DNA of 64,000 bases from Azolla caroliniana (GCA_043228905.1 JBHGNT010000014.1:5332001-5396000), one strand, 5' to 3'; shown: positions 1 through 11,984, counted from the stretch's first letter. Made by a program: numbers and translations. The notes: generated by a model not told the origin, from the sequence alone.

Positions 1-323
1 AGAACACACAAAAAACACAATTCAACAAATACTAACACTCTATACATACATCGTGCTCAATGAACACCTTTAATACAAGCCCTGACAATCGGGCTGACAC
101 AAGTACTGACAGTACTTGACTGCTCATAAATGAGCCTCGACACTTACTCTCAAAACTATTCCTTACGAGGAATATCTCTCTAACGGCCTTTCGGTTTACA
201 CACCGATACGGCCTCTCGTTACGCACCGGTTTGCGTATCCATTTTACGCACCGGTCCGGCCTAATTGATCCGGTCCTCGGCTTGCTCAGCCGATCCGGCC
301 GATGTTGAGCTTGTCTCTCAACA
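1..323 (-). repeat. 3' LTR of element A (partial)
   Basis: Near-identical to about 5005-5341. On minus it begins TGTTGAGAGACAAG directly after the PPT. Confidence 0.93.
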
Positions 324-3300
324 CTCCCCCACAAGCTCAACTTGAGGCTCTTCCGGATCTTCCGGATCACCGCTCCGGTTTCTCCTAGCTCCACACCTCG
401 CTCGCGCTCCTCGACCTGTTCGACTCCGCGTGCTTCGACCCTTTCGGTTGGCTTGTCTGCTCCCACGGCCCTTCACAGCTCCCTTGTTGTCGCGGTGTTG
501 GCGCTTCTCCTGCTGCCTTCTTTCTCGCTTGGCCCTCGGTTGATTCAGTGTATCTGAATCAAATATCCAAACCGACTCGGCTACCTCTGATCGGTTTTCG
601 CTCTCGTCCGAGTTGGCTATCTCCAACTCGTCTTCGGTCTTCTTGCCCTTGACGGCGTCATCTCCCCCATGCTTGGTTGACTTCGGCTCTTCATTTCGGC
701 TACTCCCCTTATGTCCGCTTCCGGAATCTTTCGCAGGTCCGCCCTCGGCTTCATCAGTCGATCCGAAATCAAATTCGTCATCTGACTCGGCGTCGCGGTC
801 TTCTCTCCCCCTTCCGTGGTCATCTAGAACATCTCCGAAATCGAATTCGTCATTCGACTCGACGTCGCGGTCTTCTCTCCCCCTTCCGTGGTCATCCGGG
901 ACATCTCTCCCCCTCAAGTCCGGCACATCGAGGTGACGCAACCCAAGCGCACCCGAGAATTGCCGCAACTTGTCCGGTCGAAGAGGCTTGGTGAAGATGT
1001 CGGCAGTTTGCCGATCCGTCGGAACATACTGGACTTCGACTTCACCAGAAAGGACACACTCACAGACAAAACGGTAGTGCACCTCAATGTGCTTGGTCCG
1101 TGCGTGGAAAACGGGGTTCTTCGCAAGCTGGATGCTACTGAGGTTGTCGCAGTAGATCGTCGTCGGATCGGACACCTCCTCTTGCAAGTCCTTAAGTAGC
1201 CGCTTCAACCATATGGCTTCGCATATTGCGACAGCCGCTCCTCGGTACTCAGCTTCGGTGCTCGACAGTGCAACTGTCAGCTGCTTCTTACTGCTCCACG
1301 CTATCGCGGCACTCCCAAGAGAGAACGCGTATCTGGGCGTGGATCGGCGATCGGTGGCGTTGCCAGCCCAATCAGCATCGGTGTAGCCAAACAACTGCGA
1401 GGATGTACCGGTCCGATATAGCAGTCCCCGGTCCTTAGAGCCGCTTACGTACCGCAGTACACGTTGCGCACACTGAAGGTGCTCCTCGGTAGCTCGCGCC
1501 ATGAACTGACTGATCACCCCGACCAGATAACTAAGATCGGGTCAGGTGATTGTCAAGTAGATAAGGCTTCCGACAATTTGTCGAAACCTCGTCAGGTCGC
1601 ATACCTTTCCGGAATTGGGGCGAAGCTTGAGGTTCTATCCAGAGTAGTCAAGACAGACTTACAGTCGGCCATCCCGAATTTGAAGAGCATACTCAACACA
1701 TAATGGCGTTGGCTGATCAATATGCCTTCGGGGGTATGGATCACTTCGATCCCAAGGAAGTAATGAAGATCCCCCAGATCCTTCATGTCGAACGATGCCC
1801 CAAGTTGGAGCTTCACGCGGTCGATTTCACCTAGGTCGGCGCCGGTGATGACCAAATCATCAACATATAGTAAGATACTGACCGGACCGAGTCGACCTTT
1901 CCGGATGAACAGGGAAGAGTTCGATTTTGACGTTGCAAAGCCCATCCGACGCAGTTGTTGCGTGATCTTCGAGTTCCAAGCACGCGGGGCTTGCTTCAGT
2001 CCGTAAAGGGACTTCTTCAATCGGCACACTACCGAGTGTTCATTCCGGAGTGAAATCTGGGGGGTTGTACCATGTATACCTGTTCCTCAAGCTCACCTTG
2101 CAGGAACGCATTCTTTACATCCATCTGATGTAAGTGCCACCCCTTTGTCGCAGCTACCGCGAGCAAAACACGGACGGTCATCATCTTTGCGATCGGCACA
2201 AACATCTCATCGTAGTCGATGTCGTGTTTCTGCGCGTAGCCTTTTGCCACTAATCGGGCCTTGTATCGGTTGACCGAGCCGTCGGTGTTGTACTTGACCT
2301 TGTACACCCATCTACATCTGATCGGCTTCACACCCTTCGGTGCGTCAACCAGGTCCCAGGTCTCATTTTCCGACAATGTGTGCATCTCTTCCTCCATCAC
2401 GGCGCGCCAATTCGCGTCCTTAGCCGCTTATGCGTAGCTCTCCGGCTCACGCACTTCCGCTACACGGGTCATGTACGCATAATGATGCGCCATGTACTCG
2501 TTGTATCCGAACCGCACAACTGGGTTCTTCTGGCGGGTAGATCGGCGTAATCGGTCATTAACCAATGTCGAGGTCTTTTCGGCCGACGCGGACTTCGCTC
2601 TTGAAGACCCGTCACCGCTTCCCTTGGAGTCGGACTCATGTCGGTCTGACTCGTTCCTATCTATGCTGGAATACAACACCTTCTTCTTCCCTTTCTCTTT
2701 GCGCGTAAGCCATCTCCTCGGCTTCCTGCGCGGGGAATGCATGGCCGAGTCTCCACTACTTGCCGGCTCGTCATCGAACTGGTCGAACCGATTCAGTCGT
2801 CCATTCGGTCCACATAACCGAAACGAAATCGGACTCTCTTCGCGGGTCCCGATTTCCGGCTCATCCGGAGGCATCTCAGTCTCGCTGACCTCATCTTCAA
2901 AGCTCGGATTGGAGTTGAGATCCGGATTCGGAGGCAAGTACCAAGACGCGGACTCATCAAACACAACGTTGCGGCTCACGCACGCTTGTTTGGTGCGCGG
3001 GTTATAACACTTATAACCCTTCTGCTCGTCTAAGTAACCGACCAAGATACACTTCTCGGCTTTCGCGTCCAATTTCCTCCTTTTCTCCTTCGGTACATGC
3101 ACATACGCAATGCTACCGAAAACTCTCAAGTGTCGTAAATTCGGCTTCCTCCCGAAATATTGCTCATGCGCCGACACTTTTTCTCCGATCCGATTCTGGA
3201 TGTATACCGCGGTTCGTACCGCCTCGGCCCAATAGAACTTGGGCAAGCTCTATTCTTCTAGCATTGCCCACGCCGCTTCCACAATTGACCCATTCTTCCT

Positions 3301-4806
3301 CTCAGCCACGCCGTTTTGCTCCAGGGTGTATCTACAACTGAATTCGCGCCGAATTCCCATCTGTTGTAGATAACCGTTGAATTGACCGGAAAAGTATTCT
3401 TTTCCGCCATTCGACCGCAGGCACTTGATCTTTCTTCCTGTTTCCGTTTCCACGAACCCTTTGAGGTCCCAGAAATAGTCGAAGACTTCGCTCTTCCTCT
3501 CAATGAGGTAGATCCACGTGTGCCGCGTGTAGTCGTCGATGAAGGAGACGAAATATCGGCTCCCGCCAAGACTAACGTTTTGTGCTGGCCCCCACACATC
3601 GGAGTGTATCAAGTCGAGCTTGTTCCGGCTCTGGTTACGCTCGTTGGGGAAGGGAAGTCGGTGTTGCTTCCCAAGCTAGCAGGCTTCACAAATTTGTGCC
3701 TTCCGGCCACTAAATTTGGGCAATCCGAACACCACATGTTTCGATTGCAGGTCCTGAAGCCGCTGGTGGTTGACCTGGCCTATCCGCTTGTGCCATAAGT
3801 CGATGTCCACTCGACTTTTTATCCCATCGCGAACATTGCGGTGCCACCGTCAGTAGAGTCGAGGATGAACATCCTCCCTTCCGGCTTTTCCGAATCCTTC
3901 GGCATAGTGCGATCGGTGCCAGTTTCCTTTGTCGGTATGTCCGGAACCAGATTTGGAACCGGCCCTCTCCGACTCGGCGCGCTTTTTCCAGCACTCGCTC
4001 TCCCTGTGGCCTTTCTTGCCACAGTACCAGCATTCTGCGGCGGATTTCCCTTGCCGGTTCTCGTCGCCTCGACTCCCCCTGTTTCCGGAGGCTTCAGAAT
4101 TACTGTCGGCATCACTTTGGTGCCTTCTTCCTTGATCCCATCAGCCGCCTCCATTGCATACCGACTCGCCTCGTCTGCCACGACCACGGGGCCTATCTCC
4201 CTCCGTGTACAGCATCTTGCTATTGGCATGCGTGCTTGTCGACGCACCCGCGTGGTTCTCCTCTATAAGGAGCATTGATTGTAAGTCGAAAAACGACGGC
4301 GTATTCTCCCGTGTACACACATCGGTTCGGAACGCTCCGAACTTTGATGCCAAATCCCCGAGACAGACCTGGACCATCTCGCTTTCCTCGATGTTCACAT
4401 CGATGGAAGCTAAGGAGTCACATATGTCCTTGATCTTCGAGGTATAGTCAGCCACCGACAAATCGCGTTGTCGTAGGTTACTCAACTCCTATCGGAGCTT
4501 AAGCTTCCTGGCTGTGGTGCTCGCGGCGAAGATCTTCTTTAGATTTTCCCACGCACCCTTCGGCGTTTTTGCATCCCGAACGTAGCTTAATAGTTGTTCG
4601 CCCACACAAGACGCGAAACAGTACAGCACTGTGCTCGTCGATTGTTCCCACGTCGGGAAGTCTTTGTGTGTTGAATCGGGTGTTGTGTCATTTGCTCCAT
4701 CGACATAGCTCCAATAACCGTGTCCGAGCAGGTACTGGTGCATCTTGTAAGACCAAGACGTGTAGTTGTTTCTGTCGAGCTTCTCCGTCGGAAGCGAGCT
4801 ACCCAT
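318..4806 (-). pseudogene. copia gag-pol polyprotein of element A, broken by stops/frameshifts, with about 200-aa charged tail after RNase H
   Basis: ORF pieces 4489-4818, 4141-4485, 3250-3612, 2428-3246, 2029-2400, 1592-2029 and 318-1517 are collinear copia domains. Confidence 0.93.
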
Positions 4807-4901
4807 GCCTCTATCCATCGGTTTTGCCTGTTCTTCTTGGTTAGTTTTTCTTTCAAGCTATGTCGGCTGCAGAGGTTCTCAACCCTCGCGCTCTGATACC
4901 A

Positions 4902-5341
4902 TGTAAAAGATTATGTGCAGAAGCAATAGAAAACCAAACACATAGAAAATACGCAGGTTTAATGGAGAGCTTGAGTATACACAATACGCGGGAGAGACAG
5001 AGAGAGAACACACAAAAAACACAATTCAACAAATACTAACACTTTGTACATACACCGTGCTCAGTGAGCACCTTTTATACAAGCCCTGACAATCGAGCTG
5101 ACACAAGTACTAACAGTATTTGACTGCTCATAAATGAGCCTCGACACTTACTCCCAAAACTATTCCTTACGAGGAATATCTCTCTAACGGCCTTTCGGTT
5201 TAAGCACCGATACGGCCTCTCGTTACGCACCGGTTTGCGTATCCGTTTTACGCACCGGTCCGGCCTAACCGATCCATCCCAACTGATCCAGTCCTCAGCT
5301 TGCTCAGCCGATCCGGCCGATGTTGAGCTTGTCTCTCAACA
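4902..5341 (-). repeat. 5' LTR of element A (440 bp)
   Basis: TG...CA termini, PBS immediately adjacent, matches 1-323. Confidence 0.93.
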
Positions 5342-6248
5342 AAGCAGTTGAAGCTAGATGGTAAGGCAATTTGCAAGAGCTCGCGGCGGGGATGTTTATT
5401 GCAACACCTACTGATGACAACTCACATGACCACCAATTTTGGATTGGTAAAATTCTAGAAGTGATAATCCATGAAATAGAAAACACGATCAAGTCTATCA
5501 AAGTGCATTGGTACAACACTAGAAGTGAAAACACTTTTACAATTAAGTATACATTGGAGATGATTGAATGCCCAACGACAAGGGGAGGTAGGAAGGAAGA
5601 GGAAGTGAAACATTTGTAACACCTCGACCCTTGATATCTCTGATGTGGATATCATCGTGTACGAATTCACGCTTACAAAAGCTAGACGTTTAAGGAAGTC
5701 AAACAATAGATATAATAAAAGAAAAATTACCACGTCTACGAGGTGGCTCGAGTCGAAGGCAAACGAGATCTGTTGCATATAATCTAGAGCCACACCATTT
5801 GGTTTAGGATGAAGATAATGCATTGATTGGTACATCCGAGGATGACGAGGAAGAATCCTCATTGCATATTAGTTATAGTAGTGATTCTCCGTAAAGGAGT
5901 GATCATGAATGTATTTCTGGCTATTAAGTGTAACTAACTTCCACTTGTAACAAATCGAGTAATATAAAAGCATGTGTTTTGAATTCATTTGATTCCTATG
6001 AATATCGCTTCTTATAAAAAAGATTGGTTGTAAAATTTGTGAAATAAATTAAACCCTAAACGTTTTGAGATTCCTCTTTTTCTTCTTTTTTTAAAATCAC
6101 GAAAATGGTGGATTTTAAACCTTTTTCATAGTATATTTGAGAATGTATGATACTGGTATCAATGTGTTTTGTAATATCACTGAAAAAGTACTAAAATCAA
6201 ACGGAATATTCCTTATCCTTCCATTTATGCGCGATCCTTCCACTTGTG
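5342..6248 (+). mobile_element. Possible decayed DNA-transposon-like remnant (unclassified)
   Basis: Frameshifted protein-like sequence GMFIAT..FWIGKILEV..IKVHWY..DIIVYEFTLTK..LRK. Ends in short repeated TCCTTCCA units and CACTTGTG before an LTR fragment. Confidence 0.35.
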
Positions 6249-6249
6249 A

Positions 6250-6472
6250 ATGTGAACGTATTTTGAGGTTGTTACCTTAGAGTCTCTTAGTGTATTCCCC
6301 TCGATATAGTTATTCTATTCGTAGTTTGTTGGCTCCCGTGGTTTTTCCCATTTCAAGGTTTCCACGTTAATATCTTGTGTCTCTATATCAATGCATCATT
6401 TTCTGTTATTTCAATTTTCTGTCTTTCTCATTTGTGCTTGGCAATCTGTTGTGGCCGATCCCATATTCAACA
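6250..6472 (+). repeat. Old copia-type LTR fragment
   Basis: Contains the CCCGTGGTTTTTCCC..GGTTTTCCACG motif shared with the element C LTR. Ends TCAACA. Confidence 0.5.
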
Positions 6473-6479
6473 ATTACTT

Positions 6480-8460
6480 GGCATTACCATCCTTGCAAAG
6501 CTACTCAATTGCCTCACCTCCATTATAGCCTCCAAGTAACAAGAGATGTCCTTTCCATTATATGTTATGGGATACAAGTTGTAAGAGTTTGAGATGGGTG
6601 CGTATAGACACGTGATAGATTGCGACTCCATGAACTCCTCAAGGTTTTCATCAAAAGATCTATAGACAACCCTAGGGATGTTGTGCGCAAAAACCCATAT
6701 GCACCATTAGAACATGATTTGACTAGTTTCATGGCATTGGTTGCTCTAAAGAGAAAGTGTGCCCATAACATTGTTGATTGAATGAAAGTGGTACCATGAA
6801 ATGTGAGAGGTTCATGTTAGTCAATTATGTTGCCCAGAGAAGTAGAGCCGAAGAATTGTATATCCGGAAGATAGTCCGGAAAGAGTGTGAATACATATAC
6901 TGGATAATTAGTGGATATGAAGAGTTATTATGTTAAGGGGTGTCGAATCTAGAAGGATGTACTGATCCGGATGGACACAGTTTTGTATCAAAATCAGCTA
7001 CCTACATAAGGAGTCTAGATTGTATTGTTCGTATGCGCAAGTAATATAATATAATTAGAAGATTTGTGTATTTGCTGTCTTGTGTGCTAAATTATTCTAT
7101 CTTACGTGTATATGTATGTTGTTGTTGATTAATATATGTATTTCGGATTGACGGATTGAATACACGGATTATTACCATACCTCCAACCACACTTTGGATT
7201 GTATTCCGATTGGAGTACTTATGTGTTTGTGACTAAGATTCGGTCCAAGATAAACAAATTATTTTGGTGAGGTTGTATAATTCATGGGGATTTATGTCCC
7301 TAACCAAGCTACTCAATGTATTTTATTATGAATCTCACTTTTTCATACCTTAGTCGTAGGTCACCCATGATTACTCATTGGTCATTTGAACATGTGTCTT
7401 GATGCATCATAGTCAAAGTCATAACATTCAATCATGGATGATCATGAGCAAATGGTTTAGGTTTCATTGATTGTTGAGGTTCTTGGGTTGGATGTATGGA
7501 CATGGTTGCATGAGAATGGTCCAGGTTTTACCATCTAATTTGTACAACATAGACAAACATGGAATCATCCTAATAGAATTAATATCTTATGCAAGATTAA
7601 TCCTTTTTAATAACATCTATATGATAGTTCTACAATGTGTGGGGTCTTTAGACCAATTTCTTATTTGTTTGGATTTTTGCAATCATTTAACTAACTCCTC
7701 ACTAGGAAATACTCCATTATGCCTTAACTCTTCTCTTTTGCTTCAACCTCACTTTATTGCTCTCATGGAGAAAATTTTGTTAAAAACTTTCCAAAAGTGG
7801 ATGGCAAGGTAGTAAAGACATGGGATAGAACATTACAAAACATTAAGATCATTCCTCATATGTATGAGTTATCTAATGCCCAACAAGTAGGGTCTTCTTC
7901 AACAGCTCTCACAAGTTCACTCTAGGTATAATGCATTATTAATACATGATCATTAGGTGAGGGGATTTTGGATCTACAAACTCAATTGCAAGTCATTATT
8001 TCTCAATTACAATGTTAAAGATATAATTTTATGCTAAGATATAACTGAAGGATAGGTTTATAGATCATCAATATCAATCTCATTTGTTTTTCCAAGCTTT
8101 AAATACTACATATTCTCCATCTAATGTGATACATATAAAGCAAGGGGATAAATTTATTGTGGATCCGGCTACAATAATTGGAATATGGATTCATTACTTT
8201 ATAGTGTTGATTGATCCAGTGGCACAATTATTTATGGTGAATGAGGTAATTAGTGCATGCCTATGATATGGTTGAATGTCTTGTGCACGACATCCTTAGT
8301 CGTGAATTGTATGCAGATTTTATTGAGGATGAGTTGGACTCAGTTTTAAGCCATCTTCCTAGTGTTAAGAACCTTGGTTAGGATAGCTTGACAAATGAAG
8401 TTCTTAAGCAATATTCCAACATTTTAAAGGAACCCTTAACTTTGATGTTATTGTTTGAAG
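6480..8460 (+). mobile_element. Degenerate L1-type LINE (ORF2 endonuclease to start of RT)
   Basis: MKVVP*NVRG at 6782 (cf. MKIISWNVRG). SLDQFLI. ELDSVLSHLPSVKNLG*DSLTNEVLKQY at about 8330-8420 (cf. KSPGPDG..EF.K). Confidence 0.7.
6828..7256. repeat. Solo LTR inserted in the LINE
   Basis: TGTT...AACA termini flanked by perfect 5-bp TSD AATTA (6823-6827 and 7257-7261). Confidence 0.75.
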
Positions 8461-9759
8461 TTCTGAAGTTAATGTGTTGGTCTTATTAAATTAGTTTCGA
8501 AGGTGGCATCACATAAGTCATATCACCAATGACAACCAATTTCTTTGATGGTGACATTGTATAAGAGAACATTGTAATCCTTTGCAAAAAGAGTTACTAG
8601 GGTCTTCTTGGTTATTATGGATTTTAACAACAAGAGTATCCATGGCATTACCCATATTCTCTTCTATAATTACAAAAAATATGTAATTGGCATTCATGTA
8701 ATTATTGATTATGGTTCTCCAAATGTCGGTAGCAAAGTCTCCAAAGAGGAAAACCATTTGATGCATAGATTATATCATTGCTCAAATTGGTGATGAATCA
8801 TCCACCTCTAAGTTTTTAAATTTATGAGGATACTCACAATGTTTTGAAAATTACCAAAAAACATCCCCACTTTTAAAAAAATGAAACAAAGAGATAGTAA
8901 ACGTCACCATTAATTGTTAGATTAACATTAACCATATTCCAAGGATAATACGAATGGCAGGTGGGGCATGAATTAACACCGATAATTAGAGTTTATTGAT
9001 GGATTATTATAGGTGTTAATTTAAGCCCATGAGTAACACTACCCATATTTGGGAACGGTTTTGCTAGCATAGTTAGAGCCATGGTGTTAAGCCACTCAAA
9101 TTTAACTGTTTATTGGTTCTAATCATGCCAGACTGATGTTGGGAATGATAGTCCTACACACTAATTAGTATGAAGATATTTATTGAGGGTCGTTAAACCA
9201 ATTTTCTTCTATTGCTAGCATCATTAGGTTAGGATCATACCCCTTCTTAATGGTAATAAGCCTATACTGGAATTTGCAAGGTAGGAGAGTTAGTATACAT
9301 GCACATGTTGACCATACAATTTACAAGTTATTTGAACCCATGATGCTCACAACAAATGAGGGATGTGAGCTTCACCATGAGGATATATTTTTGAGCCTTC
9401 ATGAGAATTTGGTATTCACTAGTAGTCAAGATTAAGAAGGCATTAATAAATATACACACAGGTACCCACGGAGTTTGTGCCATTGTCGAGGCTCCCTTCT
9501 AGGAGAAAGATCATGTTGAACCTTCATGACAATTTTCTTGGAAACATTTCGAAGATCAGAGTGGGAGAAGAATGTCAAGCTCACATGAAGACTCAAGCTT
9601 AGCAGCCACATAAATATGCATAAGCACAAGGATTGAGATGTTAAGGGGGAAGGAAGTAGGTAAATCACTAGGATGATTGTTTTTGGTGTCCACATAAGAA
9701 TATGATTCACCATGAACCACCACCACCCAATTCAACACTTCATCTTTGTTCAATGTCCA

Positions 9760-10047
9760 TCAAAGGAGAGCCCCAGGGTTCATTCCCACGCTAAAATATC
9801 GAGCACCCAACTTGCTTGTTTGCTCCAACTCCATACTACTCTCGCTACCCTTCTTCGTCCTCATCTTTGTCCTTCTTGATTTCATGCAATTGTCCGAGTC
9901 GATCTTTTGAGTGGTAGAATCGAGTACCTTTGCACTTGATGTGTCTTGAGTACTCATGTTGGAGCCGATAACATGTTGAGCATCGATATCTTCGCAAGAC
10001 ACTGCACTAGGCCTTATCCTAAAGCAATGGATCATCTTGGTTATCAT
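9760..10047 (-). CDS. Candidate small single-exon protein (95 aa), copy 1
   Basis: Same start, stop and length as copy 2. TATATAATAAAAGG about 135 nt upstream with pyrimidine-rich leader. C-terminus YFSVGMNPGALL. Confidence 0.5.
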   Translation of the reverse strand: MITKMIHCFRIRPSAVSCEDIDAQHVIGSNMSTQDTSSAKVLDSTTQKIDSDNCMKSRRTKMRTKKGSESSMELEQTSKLGARYFSVGMNPGALL

Positions 10048-10180
10048 GATTTAATAAGGAATGTAAGGAGTTTATCGTCACAATATGGAATGTGGGAATT
10101 AGAGATAGATTGGTTGATAGTTTTTATTATAATCTTTGGGAGGAGAGAGGGAAAAATGTGTGTTGTAATGTGATATGTGT

Positions 10181-10194
10181 CCTTTTATTATATA
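10181..10194 (-). promoter_or_regulatory. TATA-like box upstream of small ORF copy 1
   Basis: TATATAATAAAAGG on minus, conserved at 13454-13467. Confidence 0.4.
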
Positions 10195-10371
10195 TGAATG
10201 CTACAATTTGGATGCCTTGTTAACCAAGTCAATTTGGTATTCGTTCTACTATTCAAGTCAAATGGCTTGGTGACCAAAGTATTCATCACTTCGCATGAGT
10301 TTACTTGAAATAGTGAAAGAATTGGAAAACAAAAAGAAAGACATAGGACCCATCGGTCAAAGAAAGTGAAA

Positions 10372-10747
10372 AAGGAAATCTTGAGGAATTGCTCAGAAAT
10401 TGGGAAGAACACATCATTTCAAGATCTCTCGCAAAGTCATGTCATTCCTCATTTTAAATGTGGGCAAGGAAATCTTGAGGAATTGCTCAAAAATTGGGAA
10501 GAACACATCATTTCAAGATCTCTCGCAAAGTCATGTCATTCCTCATTTTAAATGTGGGCAAGGAAATCTTGAGGAATTGCTCAAAAATTGGGAAGAACAC
10601 ATCATTTCAAAATCTCTCACAAAGTCATGTCATTCCTCATTTTAAATGTGGGCAAGGAAATCTTGAGGAATTGCTCAAAAATTGGGAAGAACACATCATT
10701 TCAAGATCTCTCGCAAAGTCATGTCATTCCTCATTTTAAATGTGGGC
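10372..10747. repeat. Tandem repeat, 4 x 94 bp
   Basis: Unit AAGGAAATCTTGAGG...AAATGTGGGC starts at 10372, 10466, 10560 and 10654, near-identical. Confidence 0.95.
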
Positions 10748-11984
10748 ATTCTCAACAATGATTTGTTACTACATACATATGATTAATGCATGTGGCCCTT
10801 GTTATTTTAATGAGGTTACAATTTCTTTCTATGTTCTACATAATAAAAACTATGTGCAATGTATTATGTAGATCCACCTTTTTATTCTCCACGCAATGGT
10901 GTTTGCAAATGAATGTCACGTTTCGATACGTAAAATTATTTGCTTCCGATATATCAAAGGGAGGAGGGTCTTGACCAAACAAATACGTTAATCTTCTAAA
11001 ATTTCTCACATTTACATTAATCTAACTTATTCTAAACTTTGGGAAATTTATCTTGTACAAGTAATTTTTTATGAGAGAGAAACGACACTACCTTCACCCT
11101 TTTGCTTTTGGAGGCCAATGACATGACTTGGTCCTAAACCAAATAATTGGTTACGTGATAGAACTTTCCTCTAATATGTCAAGTCTCCATCAATCCAAGG
11201 TTGTAAAAGGTTGAGTTCCTCTACTTTAGCAAAATAATTGAATCTAACATGCACACAAATAAGTTCCCCTTCTCACATTTCATAGCATTATATAATTGTC
11301 TAGTGTAGGATTTGTTGGATTCCACACAAATTCCTCTTGGGTTGGGTTAGCTTACAAGTTACAACACTACCCTTGATCTATCATTTCAAGGAGCCTACCT
11401 CAATTTCAAACCTCTTTATAAAGTTTTTCAAGCTCTTCCTCTAAATGGCAATCGTTTAATTAAAAATGCATTTTCCTGTTCTAAATCTGGGCTAATGAGA
11501 TACACTCATGGCACACTAACGACCCCAAATCAAAGATGGATATCGTTTTCATATATTTGTGAGGTATTGGGGATTGTGTAATAACAGAAATATGTAATAG
11601 TAGGCATTGGGTCAATGCATATCTATGAAAGTTATGGAGTACATACACTGTACAAATGTGCCAATTGTGTTTATCGTAGCTAGAAAAAATTGTTTGCTCA
11701 TTAGTGTTCGATCTTGTCAATTGACGATCGATACAACATGTGCCACTACACTTGTAGTGGTGGTGGTGACTACGCTTAATTGTTGTACCATTTTAGTGTT
11801 TTTCATGTCACATATTTATTAATATAATCGTGTGTTTTCCCCAAAGAGAGGGAGAGAAAGAGAGATAGGGAGGGAGGGACGGTATTTTAATTGATAAATC
11901 TCTTACAACTAACCACATATAATTTTACTGCTAACATTATATAGTGGGTATATGTATCAAAAGGTTACACCCACTATATAATGT

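Larger units (their letters stand above)
1..5341 (-). mobile_element. Ty1/copia LTR retrotransposon 'A' (degenerate, protease region deleted; 3' LTR cut by window edge)
   Basis: 5' LTR 4902-5341 (TGT...ACA). PBS TGGTATCAGAGC (tRNA-iMet) at 4901-4890. PPT next to 3' LTR (<1-323). Domain order gag/CCHC, integrase (IHSDVWGP, EQNGVAERKN), RT ([14 protein letters not shown]), RNase H (YTDADWAG, RTKHIEVHY). Confidence 0.96.
8695..11445. repeat. Segmental/tandem duplication copy 1
   Basis: Collinear homology with about 11985-14240 (e.g. GAGGAAAACCAT..GATGCATA; GAGCCTAC.TCAATTT). Confidence 0.85.

Noticed and set aside
10366-10739. Overlapping 61-81 aa ORFs
   Set aside because: Products of the 94-bp repeat cycling through frames.
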